Notes under the pieces: generated by a model | The model's input: only the letters and a program-made list of their open reading frames with translations | What the model was told of the DNA's origin: nothing | The model's database searches: none | In this document: positions 23,374-33,893 of the stretch, one piece after another | Position numbering within the stretch: the stretch's first letter is position 1 | How the letters are laid out: each line of letters starts with the position of its first letter | Origin: Escherichia coli | GTDB lineage: Bacteria; Pseudomonadota; Gammaproteobacteria; Enterobacterales; Enterobacteriaceae | NCBI RefSeq assembly: GCF_044324875.1 | Contig: NZ_CP172185.1 | Strand: one strand, 5' to 3' | DNA: 64,000 bases | Made by a program: the position numbers and the translations under genes

Positions 23374-24215
23374 TTGAGAACCGTCCGTGGCTGACAATAT
23401 TCAGCCATACCATGCTGATCCTCGGGATCGCGGTGATCCTCTTCCCGCTGTACGTGGCGTTTGTCGCGGCGACGCTGGATAAACAGGCCGTCTACGCCGC
23501 GCCGATGACGCTCATCCCCGGCACGCATCTGCTGGAAAATATCCACAACATCTGGGTAAACGGGGTAGGTACGAATAGCGCGCCGTTCTGGCGGATGTTG
23601 CTTAACAGCTTTGTGATGGCGTTCAGCATTACGCTCGGCAAAATTACCGTCTCGATGCTCTCGGCATTTGCCATTGTCTGGTTTCGTTTTCCGCTGCGTA
23701 ACCTCTTCTTCTGGATGATTTTTATCACTCTGATGTTGCCGGTTGAAGTGCGTATTTTCCCGACGGTGGAAGTCATCGCCAATCTGAAGATGCTCGACAG
23801 CTACGCCGGCTTAACGCTGCCGCTGATGGCCTCGGCGACCGCCACCTTCCTGTTCCGCCAGTTCTTTATGACGCTGCCGGATGAGCTGGTGGAAGCCGCG
23901 CGGATCGACGGCGCATCACCCATGCGTTTCTTTTGCGACATCGTTTTTCCGCTGTCCAAAACCAATCTGGCGGCGCTGTTTGTGATCACCTTTATCTACG
24001 GCTGGAACCAGTATTTGTGGCCGTTGTTGATTATTACCGATGTGGATCTCGGCACCACCGTGGCAGGGATTAAAGGGATGATCGCCACTGGCGAAGGCAC
24101 CACGGAATGGAACTCGGTGATGGCGGCGATGTTGTTAACGCTGATCCCTCCGGTGGTGATTGTTTTAGTGATGCAGCGTGCCTTCGTGCGCGGCCTGGTC
24201 GATAGTGAGAAATAA
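23370..24215 (+). CDS. ugpE: G3P ABC permease UgpE
   Basis: 281-aa membrane protein, start overlaps ugpA stop. Confidence 0.9.
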
Positions 24216-24216
24216 G

Positions 24217-25287
24217 ATGGCAGGACTGAAATTACAGGCAGTAACCAAAAGCTGGGATGGCAAAACCCAGGTCATTAAACCGCTGACCCTTGATGTGGCG
24301 GATGGCGAATTTATCGTGATGGTCGGGCCGTCTGGCTGCGGGAAATCGACGTTATTGCGAATGGTGGCCGGACTGGAGCGGGTAACGACGGGCGATATCT
24401 GGATCGACCGCAAGCGTGTCACCGAAATGGAGCCGAAAGATCGCGGGATTGCGATGGTGTTCCAGAACTACGCGCTCTATCCGCATATGAGCGTAGAGGA
24501 GAATATGGCGTGGGGGCTGAAAATTCGCGGCATGGGCAAGCAACAAATTGCCGAACGTGTTAAAGAAGCGGCGCGCATTCTGGAGCTGGACGGCCTGCTT
24601 AAGCGCCGCCCGCGTGAGCTATCTGGCGGTCAGCGTCAGCGTGTGGCGATGGGGCGTGCGATTGTGCGTGAGCCGGCAGTGTTCCTGTTTGATGAGCCGC
24701 TCTCTAACCTCGATGCCAAGTTGCGTGTGCAGATGCGTCTTGAACTGCAACAGCTGCACCGTCGCCTGAAAACGACTTCACTCTACGTTACCCACGATCA
24801 GGTTGAGGCGATGACGCTCGCCCAGCGAGTAATGGTGATGAACGGCGGCGTTGCCGAACAGATTGGCACGCCAGTTGAAGTGTACGAAAAGCCCGCCAGC
24901 CTGTTTGTGGCGAGTTTTATCGGCAGTCCGGCGATGAATCTGCTGGCAGGGCGTGTGAATAACGAAGGTACGCATTTCGAACTGGACGGCGGTATCGCGC
25001 TGCCGCTAAACGGTGGCTACCGTCAGTATGCCGGGCGTAAAATGACTCTCGGCATTCGCCCGGAACATATAGCGCTAAGCTCGCAGGCAGAAGGCGGCGT
25101 ACCGCTGGTGATGGACACGCTGGAGATCCTCGGCGCTGATAATCTGGCGCACGGACGCTGGGGCGAACAGAAGCTGGTGGTTCGGCTGGCGCATCAGGAG
25201 CGCCCGACAGCAGGCAGCACGCTGTGGCTGCATCTGCCAGAAAATCAGCTGCATCTTTTTGATGGTGAAACAGGACAACGAGTATGA
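24217..25287 (+). CDS. ugpC: G3P ABC ATPase UgpC
   Basis: Walker [18 protein letters not shown]; start at MAGLKLQAV. Confidence 0.9.
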   Translation: MAGLKLQAVTKSWDGKTQVIKPLTLDVADGEFIVMVGPSGCGKSTLLRMVAGLERVTTGDIWIDRKRVTEMEPKDRGIAMVFQNYALYPHMSVEENMAWGLKIRGMGKQQIAERVKEAARILELDGLLKRRPRELSGGQRQRVAMGRAIVREPAVFLFDEPLSNLDAKLRVQMRLELQQLHRRLKTTSLYVTHDQVEAMTLAQRVMVMNGGVAEQIGTPVEVYEKPASLFVASFIGSPAMNLLAGRVNNEGTHFELDGGIALPLNGGYRQYAGRKMTLGIRPEHIALSSQAEGGVPLVMDTLEILGADNLAHGRWGEQKLVVRLAHQERPTAGSTLWLHLPENQLHLFDGETGQRV

Positions 25288-26027
25288 GTAACTGGCCTTA
25301 TCCCCGCATCGTCGCCCATCGTGGCGGCGGTAAACTGGCCCCGGAGAACACCCTGGCAGCAATCGACGTCGGGGCAAAATACGGTCATAAGATGATCGAA
25401 TTTGACGCGAAGTTATCGAAAGATGGCGAGATCTTCCTGCTCCATGACGACAATCTTGAACGCACCAGCAACGGCTGGGGCGTCGCGGGCGATCTGAACT
25501 GGCAGGATTTACTGCGCGTGGATGCAGGCAGTTGGTACAGCAAAGCGTTTAAAGGTGAGCCGCTACCGTTGCTTTCGCAGGTGGCGGAACGCTGTCGCGA
25601 ACACGGGATGATGGCGAATATCGAAATCAAACCCACCACTGGCACCGGGCCATTAACGGGCAAAATGGTGGCGCTGGCGGCACGCGAACTGTGGGCCGAT
25701 ATGACGCCGCCGCTGCTGTCATCGTTTGAGATTGATGCTTTAGAAGCTGCACAACAGGCTGCACCGGAACTGCCGCGCGGTTTGTTGTTGGATGAGTGGC
25801 GCGACGACTGGCGAGAACTGACCGCGCGACTGGGCTGCGTCTCTATTCATCTCAATCATAAGTTGCTTGATAAAGCGCGAGTGATGCAGTTGAAAGACGC
25901 CGGATTACGGATTCTGGTTTATACCGTCAATAAACCCCAGCGCGCGGCAGAGTTGCTGCGCTGGGGCGTGGATTGCATCTGCACCGATGCGATTGACGTG
26001 ATTGGTCCGAACTTTACGGCCCAATAG
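25284..26027 (+). CDS. ugpQ: glycerophosphodiester phosphodiesterase UgpQ
   Basis: 247 aa, GDPD-family motifs ([14 protein letters not shown]). Confidence 0.9.
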
Positions 26028-26454
26028 TTTTCAACGGTATATCAGGCTGCGGCGTGCTGGGCTGATTCAGCATGTCGCCGTTTCTCCTCTCCGGCAACAT
26101 ATGCTGCTGATTCAACGAACTATCCGGATTACGGTTGCTGTTTAACATCCCGCCGTTGGTATTGGGCAGCATTTGCTGCCGGGCGGGATTTCGCTCCCCC
26201 GGCTGTGACTGCAACACCCGCTGAGAATTATTGTTTATCTGGTTTTCTAAATGCTGTTGTTGCAACTGAGTTTGCGTTTTCAGTTGCTGATTCAGCATCC
26301 CTTTTTGCTGGATTTGCTGCGTCTGCATTTGAGTCTGCATCCGCTGCTGACTGGGGATCTGATACCCCGGCTGGTTAGGGTTGTTCAGAGTATTAATGGG
26401 CTGTGCAAAGCCGACAAACGGCAGGAGTGCCGTAAGAATCAGAAGTCGTTTCAT
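26014..26454 (-). CDS. yhhA: Gln/Asn-rich secreted protein YhhA
   Basis: 146 aa, signal peptide then Q-rich low-complexity repeats. Confidence 0.75.
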
Positions 26455-26573
26455 CGCGTATCCTCCTCTGAAGATATTCTTTAAGTTTACTCCTTTCCTG
26501 CAATCATCAGGATTAATTCAGAGTTATATACCAGGCTTAGCTGGGGTCGCCCCTTAATCTCTGGAGAATAACG

Positions 26574-28316
26574 ATGATAAAACCGACGTTTTTACGCCGG
26601 GTGGCCATTGCTGCTCTGCTCTCAGGAAGTTGTTTTAGCGCCGCCGCCGCGCCTCCTCCGCCACCTGTTTCTTATGGCGTGGAGGACGATGTCTTTCATC
26701 CGGTACGCGCGAAACAGGGGATGGTGGCGTCTGTAGATGCTACTGCCACTCAGGTGGGGGTGGATATCCTCAAGGAGGGTGGGAATGCCGTTGATGCCGC
26801 CGTGGCGGTGGGCTACGCGCTGGCGGTAACGCATCCGCAGGCAGGGAATCTGGGCGGTGGTGGTTTTATGCTGATCCGCTCGAAAAATGGCAATACCACC
26901 GCTATCGATTTCCGCGAAATGGCACCCGCCAAAGCGACCCGCGATATGTTCCTCGATGACCAGGGCAACCCGGACAGCAAAAAATCACTCACTTCGCATC
27001 TGGCCTCCGGTACGCCAGGTACGGTCGCAGGTTTCTCGCTGGCGCTGGAGAAGTACGGCACCATGCCGTTAAATAAAGTGGTGCAGCCGGCGTTTAAACT
27101 GGCACGCGATGGTTTTATCGTTAATGACGCGCTGGCTGACGATCTCAAAACCTACGGTAGCGAAGTGTTGCCGAATCACGAAAACAGCAAGGCTATCTTC
27201 TGGAAAGAGGGCGCGCCGCTGAAAAAGGGCGACAAGCTGGTGCAGGCGAACCTGGCAAAGAGCCTGGAGATGATTGCCGAAAACGGCCCGGACGAATTCT
27301 ACAAAGGCACGATAGCGGAACAGATTGCCCAGGAGATGCAGAAAAACGGTGGCTTGATCACTAAAGAAGATTTAGCGGCGTATAAAGCGGTCGAACGTAC
27401 ACCGATTAGCGGCGATTATCGCGGGTATCAGGTTTACTCCATGCCACCGCCATCTTCCGGCGGGATCCATATCGTACAAATCCTCAATATTCTGGAAAAC
27501 TTCGATATGAAGAAATACGGCTTTGGCAGCGCCGACGCGATGCAAATCATGGCAGAAGCTGAGAAATATGCCTACGCCGACCGCTCGGAATATCTTGGCG
27601 ACCCGGATTTTGTCAAAGTTCCGTGGCAGGCGCTGACCAATAAAGCCTATGCCAAATCTATTGCCGATCAAATCGATATCAATAAAGCGAAGCCATCCAG
27701 CGAAATTCGCCCCGGCAAGCTTGCGCCTTATGAGAGTAATCAAACTACCCATTACTCAGTGGTGGATAAAGACGGCAACGCGGTAGCGGTGACCTATACG
27801 CTGAACACCACCTTCGGGACGGGCATTGTCGCGGGCGAGAGCGGTATTCTGCTTAATAACCAGATGGATGATTTCTCCGCCAAACCTGGCGTACCGAACG
27901 TTTACGGGCTGGTGGGTGGTGACGCCAACGCGGTCGGGCCGAATAAACGCCCGCTGTCGTCGATGTCCCCAACCATTGTGGTGAAAGACGGTAAAACCTG
28001 GTTAGTGACTGGTAGCCCAGGCGGTAGCCGGATCATCACTACCGTGCTGCAAATGGTGGTGAACAGCATCGATTATGGTATGAATGTCGCCGAAGCGACC
28101 AATGCACCGCGTTTCCACCATCAGTGGTTGCCGGACGAACTGCGCGTCGAGAAAGGATTTAGCCCGGATACGCTCAAGCTGCTGGAAGAAAAAGGTCAGA
28201 AAGTAGCGCTGAAAGAGGCGATGGGCAGCACACAAAGCATTATGGTTGGGCCGGACGGCGAGTTGTACGGCGCATCCGATCCGCGCTCGGTGGATGATTT
28301 AACGGCGGGGTATTAA
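26574..28316 (+). CDS. ggt: gamma-glutamyltranspeptidase
   Basis: 580 aa with signal peptide and catalytic Thr motif region (NNQMDDFS...TTHYSV). Confidence 0.9.
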   Translation: MIKPTFLRRVAIAALLSGSCFSAAAAPPPPPVSYGVEDDVFHPVRAKQGMVASVDATATQVGVDILKEGGNAVDAAVAVGYALAVTHPQAGNLGGGGFMLIRSKNGNTTAIDFREMAPAKATRDMFLDDQGNPDSKKSLTSHLASGTPGTVAGFSLALEKYGTMPLNKVVQPAFKLARDGFIVNDALADDLKTYGSEVLPNHENSKAIFWKEGAPLKKGDKLVQANLAKSLEMIAENGPDEFYKGTIAEQIAQEMQKNGGLITKEDLAAYKAVERTPISGDYRGYQVYSMPPPSSGGIHIVQILNILENFDMKKYGFGSADAMQIMAEAEKYAYADRSEYLGDPDFVKVPWQALTNKAYAKSIADQIDINKAKPSSEIRPGKLAPYESNQTTHYSVVDKDGNAVAVTYTLNTTFGTGIVAGESGILLNNQMDDFSAKPGVPNVYGLVGGDANAVGPNKRPLSSMSPTIVVKDGKTWLVTGSPGGSRIITTVLQMVVNSIDYGMNVAEATNAPRFHHQWLPDELRVEKGFSPDTLKLLEEKGQKVALKEAMGSTQSIMVGPDGELYGASDPRSVDDLTAGY

Positions 28317-28353
28317 GGTTAGCGGCCCTCTTCGTGGGAAGAGGGCCGTATTG

Positions 28354-28638
28354 TCAGGGCAAGCCGAAGGTAGCCTTTTTTATTTCATAATCCTGTAGAT
28401 ATTCTTCCAGCGGCTTTGCCGTTCCAAGGGAATGAATTTCACCACTGTCTTTATCAATAATAAAAGGTGCGTTACCGGCTAAGCGCGCGGCCTCATCACC
28501 AGATTCAAGAAATTCTTGTGATTCGAAACAGAAATACCAGCCCTGGCTAAAACGTCCATGCAGAGTGATGACGACAGGGAGATCTGCATCATCAAGGTAA
28601 TGGTTCGCTTTCGCGAATGCGTCGTGATAAGTAATCAT
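28354..28638 (-). CDS. yrhB: YrhB (94-aa protein reported as a small heat-stable chaperone)
   Basis: ORF MITYHDAFAKANHYLDD... recognised from memory as YrhB. Confidence 0.7.
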   Translation of the reverse strand: MITYHDAFAKANHYLDDADLPVVITLHGRFSQGWYFCFESQEFLESGDEAARLAGNAPFIIDKDSGEIHSLGTAKPLEEYLQDYEIKKATFGLP

Positions 28639-29087
28639 AATTATAATAAATATTATTGTTGAACGTTATATTATTATTCTTGCGTTATACTTTGAGAAAA
28701 GGCGTGTTCATCTTCGTCAAAGATATTATTAAATGCTGGTTTTGAAAAAAGTTCATCGGATAATATACAGTCACGAAATAAGTATCTGCTAATATTTTGT
28801 GATTTCTTTTTCAGAACGTCGAACGGGATTTTCTTATTTAAGATATCAGAATCTTATGATTCGGGTGAAATTCTAACTAAATCAACATGTCACTAAAATC
28901 ATCATAGCCATTAGCTATTTCGGCTAAAATAGAGATTACATGTCTTCGGTCCATCTCACTTAAGGAGTGTAGTTCCGTTGTAAGTTTTTCCATAGCTTGC
29001 ATTGCTAAGTTTCGAACAAGGAATTTTCTGCTGGTAATCTCTAAAAAGATGGCATGGTTTACAATGATTTTTGTTATCTTTTGATTA

Positions 29088-29582
29088 TTATGAACAACTG
29101 TCCATGATTTCGTTTAAGAATGAAGAGAAATCACTAAACGAACTGAATATATTTTCGGTGCCAATATTATCTCTAATTTCAAAAAAGTTATTTTTAATGT
29201 CATAAGTAAATATTGAAATGCTATCATCCCCGATCACTAACCGTTCTTGTAGATCAGGGTTTATGAAATCATCATTATTTCTATAAAATTCATTTACGGT
29301 AAAAAGGTTTTTAACTGAAGGTTCTGGAATCGAGAGGCTAAATAATCGTAATCCATTAACTTCGAATCCATCCATTGCTCTTAAAAAAGTAAGATAATCA
29401 GGTTGATTCTTAAAAAGAATACTAACTTCATTACATAACTTCTCCAGGCAATTAGTTGAATTAGAATTAAATTCTATTTGGATTATACTTTCAATAAATG
29501 ATTCCTTGAGCGGTGCTTCAAATGGATAGTCTAAATCATTCATCATTTTTTTTAATTTATTTATTTGGGTTTTAGTCATCAT
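29088..29582 (-). CDS. yrhA: YrhA, putative immunity protein for the YhhZ nuclease toxin (intact in this sequence)
   Basis: 164-aa ORF whose start overlaps the yhhZ stop (ATGA); AT-rich; toxin/immunity-type arrangement. Confidence 0.65.
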   Translation of the reverse strand: MMTKTQINKLKKMMNDLDYPFEAPLKESFIESIIQIEFNSNSTNCLEKLCNEVSILFKNQPDYLTFLRAMDGFEVNGLRLFSLSIPEPSVKNLFTVNEFYRNNDDFINPDLQERLVIGDDSISIFTYDIKNNFFEIRDNIGTENIFSSFSDFSSFLNEIMDSCS

Positions 29583-30757
29583 TTTGTGGGTTCCATAATA
29601 TTTTTCATGGGAGGATAAATTGAGCCAGATGGAATGGCCCAGGGAGTGATTTTGCTTTCACCTACTAATATTCCCTTAGCTATTCGTGATTGCATGTTAG
29701 TAAAAACTTTATGATATGGTTCGTTTTCGATTAATACTAAATTTTCGAAATCATTAGTACCACCATCATCTAGAGATAGTTTATGGTGAACATTATAATT
29801 TAGAGGAACATTGCCCTTTCTCATTCTTAAAAGGTCTTCGGCGTTGAATCTTCCAGATGCTTCGGAGGTTTTTGCAAGTTTGATAAGAAAATTTTTTCTT
29901 ACAGTTTTATTAAACTCCTTTCGTAAGTTAGCTAAGTCTTTTGAAGGTCTCTTAATGTATATTATTTCTATTATGTCTATACCATCAAGAAGTTTTTGTT
30001 GACCTCTAAGTTTGCCTAAATAACTATTTATTTCTGTATATGTATCAACATTAGAACGCTTTGTTAAAAGAATAGATGCTGTTGCTATCGCTATGCCCGC
30101 TGTTTTTTCATTTAGTATTTGATCATAGCCTTTTATTGCATCTCCACCCAGTTTTTCCGCAGTATCTCTGAATCCTTCAATGTTCCCATTGTATACGCCA
30201 CCAGCAGCAAGTAGCCTGCCAATAGCTTTGCTGTTTAACGTTTTGAAACGATTATTTGTTTGGTTTTTTGAATTTGGTAAAAACAAACGGTTATAATTTT
30301 CAGGGAGTGCCAAATAGCTGAACTCGGTATTTGCGATAAGATGTTGACAGAGGATAAATTCATAACTAACAGTTATTGTTTCTGTATCCAGTTGATTTTC
30401 AATGATCTGATGATGAATAGCCGATAAAAAAGCGCCTCTTAGTTGTATATAATAATACTTTTCCCATCTACCAAATCTATTGATTCTATAAAAGTCAAAT
30501 TCCATAAATAATTGCTCATTATTGTTAATGGAATTAATAAGTAATGGAGTGCTTTTATCAATTAATTTACAAAATGTCATACCCTGTAACTGTGAACCAA
30601 GTCCCGTATTAGTAATTCTATTTGCGAGTGAGAATGTAAATATTTCATCCTCATGCCCACTCTGCCAGCGATTACCTATAGATTCAGTAGTCCCACAACC
30701 TGCGGAGATGTTTCCTTGTTGTTCTCCCGTTACTGTCAGGTAAACAATATTACTCAT
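29579..30757 (-). CDS. yhhZ: YhhZ: Hcp-domain protein with C-terminal HNH nuclease motif (Hcp-ET-type putative T6SS effector)
   Basis: N-terminal Hcp-like region; C-terminal NVHHKLSLDDGGTNDFENLVLIENEPYHKV HNH motif; low GC. Confidence 0.75.
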   Translation of the reverse strand: MSNIVYLTVTGEQQGNISAGCGTTESIGNRWQSGHEDEIFTFSLANRITNTGLGSQLQGMTFCKLIDKSTPLLINSINNNEQLFMEFDFYRINRFGRWEKYYYIQLRGAFLSAIHHQIIENQLDTETITVSYEFILCQHLIANTEFSYLALPENYNRLFLPNSKNQTNNRFKTLNSKAIGRLLAAGGVYNGNIEGFRDTAEKLGGDAIKGYDQILNEKTAGIAIATASILLTKRSNVDTYTEINSYLGKLRGQQKLLDGIDIIEIIYIKRPSKDLANLRKEFNKTVRKNFLIKLAKTSEASGRFNAEDLLRMRKGNVPLNYNVHHKLSLDDGGTNDFENLVLIENEPYHKVFTNMQSRIAKGILVGESKITPWAIPSGSIYPPMKNIMEPTK

Positions 30758-30959
30758 CCCTGAAAAGTCCTTTTATGGCATGCTATTTTATTAATGGCAC
30801 TATTATGCTTGTTAATTGTTATTTATTTACTCTAGGAAATTGTAGGCGTATATATTAATAATAAAATATTACACTTTAGGACGTAATTATGAGGTAAATC
30901 TCAATATATTTATTGGGCAAATAAATACATTAAAGGAAGATATGCCGATTTTGAATGAC

Positions 30960-30986
30960 GCCCTTTTTCCATCTCAGAAAAAGGGC
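30960..30986 (-). terminator. hairpin terminator downstream of yhhY
   Basis: Inverted repeat GCCCTTTTT...AAAAAGGGC. Confidence 0.5.
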
Positions 30987-30992
30987 ACTATC

Positions 30993-31481
30993 TTACTTCA
31001 CCCGTGCCATATAATACGCATCGACATATTCACCATTACGTAATGCGTACTTTTTGCCAGTCCCTTCAATCTCAAAGCCGAATTTTTTATAGACCTTAAT
31101 TGCTGGCGCGTTATCGACGAACACCGTTAGCTCAATACGATCTACCCGCAACCAGTTGTCGCACATTTCAATCATCTCTCGCATCAGGGCGCTGGCGACG
31201 CCGTGATTCTTCCAGCGGGCGTCGACACAGATACCAAAATCGGCAACATGACTGCGGCGCGGGCGTTGTTGCACGTCAATGGTGAGATGTCCTACGACGA
31301 TTCCATCAATACAGGCGACTAACTGCTTGATGCCGGGACGATCGGCGAGTCGCTCCTGCCACATATGATCGGAAGGATGAGGCACCTGTAGTGTGTTGCA
31401 ATACACCTCCGGCTGGGCGTGAATCTGCCTGATGGCCTCGTAATCGCGCGTTTCAGCATGGCGTATCACTATCTCACTCAT
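30993..31481 (-). CDS. yhhY: GNAT-family N-acetyltransferase YhhY
   Basis: Start at MSEIVIRHAETRDYEA inside ORF 30993..31559; GNAT motifs. Confidence 0.85.
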   Translation of the reverse strand: MSEIVIRHAETRDYEAIRQIHAQPEVYCNTLQVPHPSDHMWQERLADRPGIKQLVACIDGIVVGHLTIDVQQRPRRSHVADFGICVDARWKNHGVASALMREMIEMCDNWLRVDRIELTVFVDNAPAIKVYKKFGFEIEGTGKKYALRNGEYVDAYYMARVK

Positions 31482-31577
31482 TCCTTTGTCCTCTTTGGGG
31501 TAAATGTCCCTTTCAACATCATTGACTTTCAAATGCGAGTCAAATGCATTTTTTTGCAAAAAGTGTTGGACAAGTGC

Positions 31578-31600
31578 GAATGAGAATGATTATTATTGTC
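31578..31600 (+). promoter_or_regulatory. Fur box overlapping ryhB promoter
   Basis: GAATGAGAATGATTATTATTGTC resembles Fur consensus GATAATGATAATCATTATC, immediately upstream of RyhB +1. Confidence 0.7.
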
Positions 31601-31602
31601 TC

Positions 31603-31692
31603 GCGATCAGGAAGACCCTCGCGGAGAACCTGAAAGCACGACATTGCTCACATTGCTTCCAGTATTACTTAGCCAGCCGGGTGCTGGCTTTT
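31603..31692 (+). ncRNA. ryhB: iron-responsive small RNA RyhB
   Basis: GCGATCAGGAAGACCCTCGCGGAGAACCTGAAAGCACGACATTGCTCACATTGCTTCCAGTATTACTTAGCCAGCCGGGTGCTGGCTTTT matches recalled RyhB sequence; terminator hairpin plus T-run. Confidence 0.9.
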
Positions 31693-31814
31693 TTTTTGAT
31701 CTTTCGTTTTCAATTTATCCACGGGAAGTGCTTGTGTTCGTTATGCGCACTCCAGTAGGAACCACGTCCGCTTTGCGCTAAGGTATAAATAACCACCTTA
31801 AAAAGGACGAAATC

Positions 31815-32852
31815 ATGGTCATCAACTGCGCCTTTATTGGCTTCGGCAAAAGCACCACCCGTTACCATCTGCCGTATGTACTTAACCGCAAGGATAGCTG
31901 GCATGTCGCGCATATTTTTCGCCGCCATGCGAAGCCGGAAGAACAGGCTCCCATTTACTCTCATATCCATTTCACCAGCGATCTCGACGAAGTGCTAAAC
32001 GATCCCGATGTTAAGCTGGTTGTCGTCTGCACCCACGCGGATAGTCATTTCGAATACGCGAAACGCGCGCTGGAAGCCGGGAAAAATGTGCTGGTCGAAA
32101 AACCGTTTACTCCGACAATTGCGCAGGCGAAAGAGCTGTTTGCGCTGGCGAAAAGCAAAGGGCTGACCGTCACGCCGTATCAGAATCGTCGCTTTGATTC
32201 CTGCTTCCTGACGGCGAAAAGAGCGATTGAAAGCGGTAAGCTGGGAGAGATTGTTGAAGTGGAAAGCCATTTTGACTATTACCGCCCGGTGGCAGAAACC
32301 AAACCTGGGTTGCCGCAGGATGGCGCGTTCTATGGCCTTGGTGTGCATACGATGGACCAGATTATTTCTCTGTTCGGTCGCCCGGATCACGTCGCTTATG
32401 ACATCCGCAGCCTGCGCAATAAAGCCAATCCTGACGACACCTTTGAAGCGCAACTGTTTTATGGCGACCTGAAAGCCATCGTCAAAACCAGCCATCTGGT
32501 GAAAATCGATTATCCGAAATTTATCGTTCACGGTAAGAAAGGTTCGTTTATTAAATACGGTATCGACCAGCAGGAAACCAGCCTCAAGGCTAATATTATG
32601 CCGGGCGAACCGGGATTCGCGGCGGATGATTCGGTCGGTGTGCTGGAGTATGTCAATGACGAGGGTGTGACGGTCAGAGAAGAGATGAAGCCGGAGATGG
32701 GCGATTACGGGCGCGTTTATGATGCGTTGTATCAAACCATCACCAACGGTGCGCCAAATTACGTCAAGGAATCTGAAGTTCTTACCAATCTGGAAATCCT
32801 TGAACGAGGATTTGAGCAAGCCTCTCCCTCCACAGTGACTCTCGCGAAGTAA
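31815..32852 (+). CDS. yhhX: Gfo/Idh/MocA-family NAD(P)-dependent oxidoreductase YhhX
   Basis: 345 aa with N-terminal Rossmann motif (INCAFIGFGKS). Confidence 0.85.
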   Translation: MVINCAFIGFGKSTTRYHLPYVLNRKDSWHVAHIFRRHAKPEEQAPIYSHIHFTSDLDEVLNDPDVKLVVVCTHADSHFEYAKRALEAGKNVLVEKPFTPTIAQAKELFALAKSKGLTVTPYQNRRFDSCFLTAKRAIESGKLGEIVEVESHFDYYRPVAETKPGLPQDGAFYGLGVHTMDQIISLFGRPDHVAYDIRSLRNKANPDDTFEAQLFYGDLKAIVKTSHLVKIDYPKFIVHGKKGSFIKYGIDQQETSLKANIMPGEPGFAADDSVGVLEYVNDEGVTVREEMKPEMGDYGRVYDALYQTITNGAPNYVKESEVLTNLEILERGFEQASPSTVTLAK

Positions 32853-32974
32853 GTTTGATGGCCCCTCGAATAGTTCAATTTTTTTGAACAGAGGGGGCAA
32901 TTTTCACCCTCTATCATCCCAGGCGGATCGGGTCCACACTAAGCCCATCGAAATCATTCAGGGGGCGAATAAAA

Positions 32975-33670
32975 ATGATCTACTTACGCAAAGCAAATGA
33001 ACGTGGTCATGCAAATCATGGCTGGCTGGACTCCTGGCATACTTTCTCTTTTGCCAACTATTACGATCCGAACTTTATGGGCTTCTCCGCGCTGCGCGTG
33101 ATTAACGACGACGTGATTGAAGCAGGGCAGGGCTTCGGCACTCACCCGCATAAAGATATGGAAATTTTGACCTACGTGCTGGAAGGTACTGTTGAGCATC
33201 AGGACAGCATGGGCAATAAAGAGCAGGTTCCGGCGGGTGAGTTCCAGATTATGAGTGCGGGTACGGGTATTCGTCACTCAGAGTACAACCCAAGCAGCAC
33301 CGAGCGTCTGCATCTGTATCAGATCTGGATCATGCCTGAAGAAAACGGTATTACGCCGCGTTATGAACAGCGTCGCTTCGATGCCGTACAGGGCAAACAG
33401 CTGGTGCTCTCGCCGGATGCGCGTGATGGTTCGCTGAAAGTGTATCAGGATATGGAACTGTACCGCTGGGCGCTGGTAAAAGATGAGCAGTCGGTGCATC
33501 AGATTGCCGCTGAACGCCGCGTCTGGATTCAGGTGGTGAAAGGCAATGTCACCATTAACGGCGTGAAAGCCTCGACCAGCGATGGTCTGGCAATCTGGGA
33601 TGAGCAGGCAATCTCCATTCATGCGGATAGCGACAGCGAAGTGTTACTGTTCGATCTGCCGCCGGTTTAA
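32975..33670 (+). CDS. yhhW: pirin-like protein / quercetin 2,3-dioxygenase YhhW
   Basis: 231 aa, cupin His motifs (HPHKDMEILTYVLEG). Confidence 0.85.
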   Translation: MIYLRKANERGHANHGWLDSWHTFSFANYYDPNFMGFSALRVINDDVIEAGQGFGTHPHKDMEILTYVLEGTVEHQDSMGNKEQVPAGEFQIMSAGTGIRHSEYNPSSTERLHLYQIWIMPEENGITPRYEQRRFDAVQGKQLVLSPDARDGSLKVYQDMELYRWALVKDEQSVHQIAAERRVWIQVVKGNVTINGVKASTSDGLAIWDEQAISIHADSDSEVLLFDLPPV

Positions 33671-33893
33671 AACTCAACGGCATCTTTGAAGCCTGCCTTT
33701 TTGCAGGCTTCCTCACTCGCTCCGGTCGCGTGCTGATGTACGCTTCCGGGGTTTTGCCGCGTCGTTAGCACAATGCGATGCAATTGATTTAGTGTATATC
33801 TAATAATTGTAAACAAGCACTGTTTTCCCCGGGAAGGTTCTGATGCGTCCGTGTTAAACTAAGAGAATCTATCTCTTTTGTACCTTCAGGACG

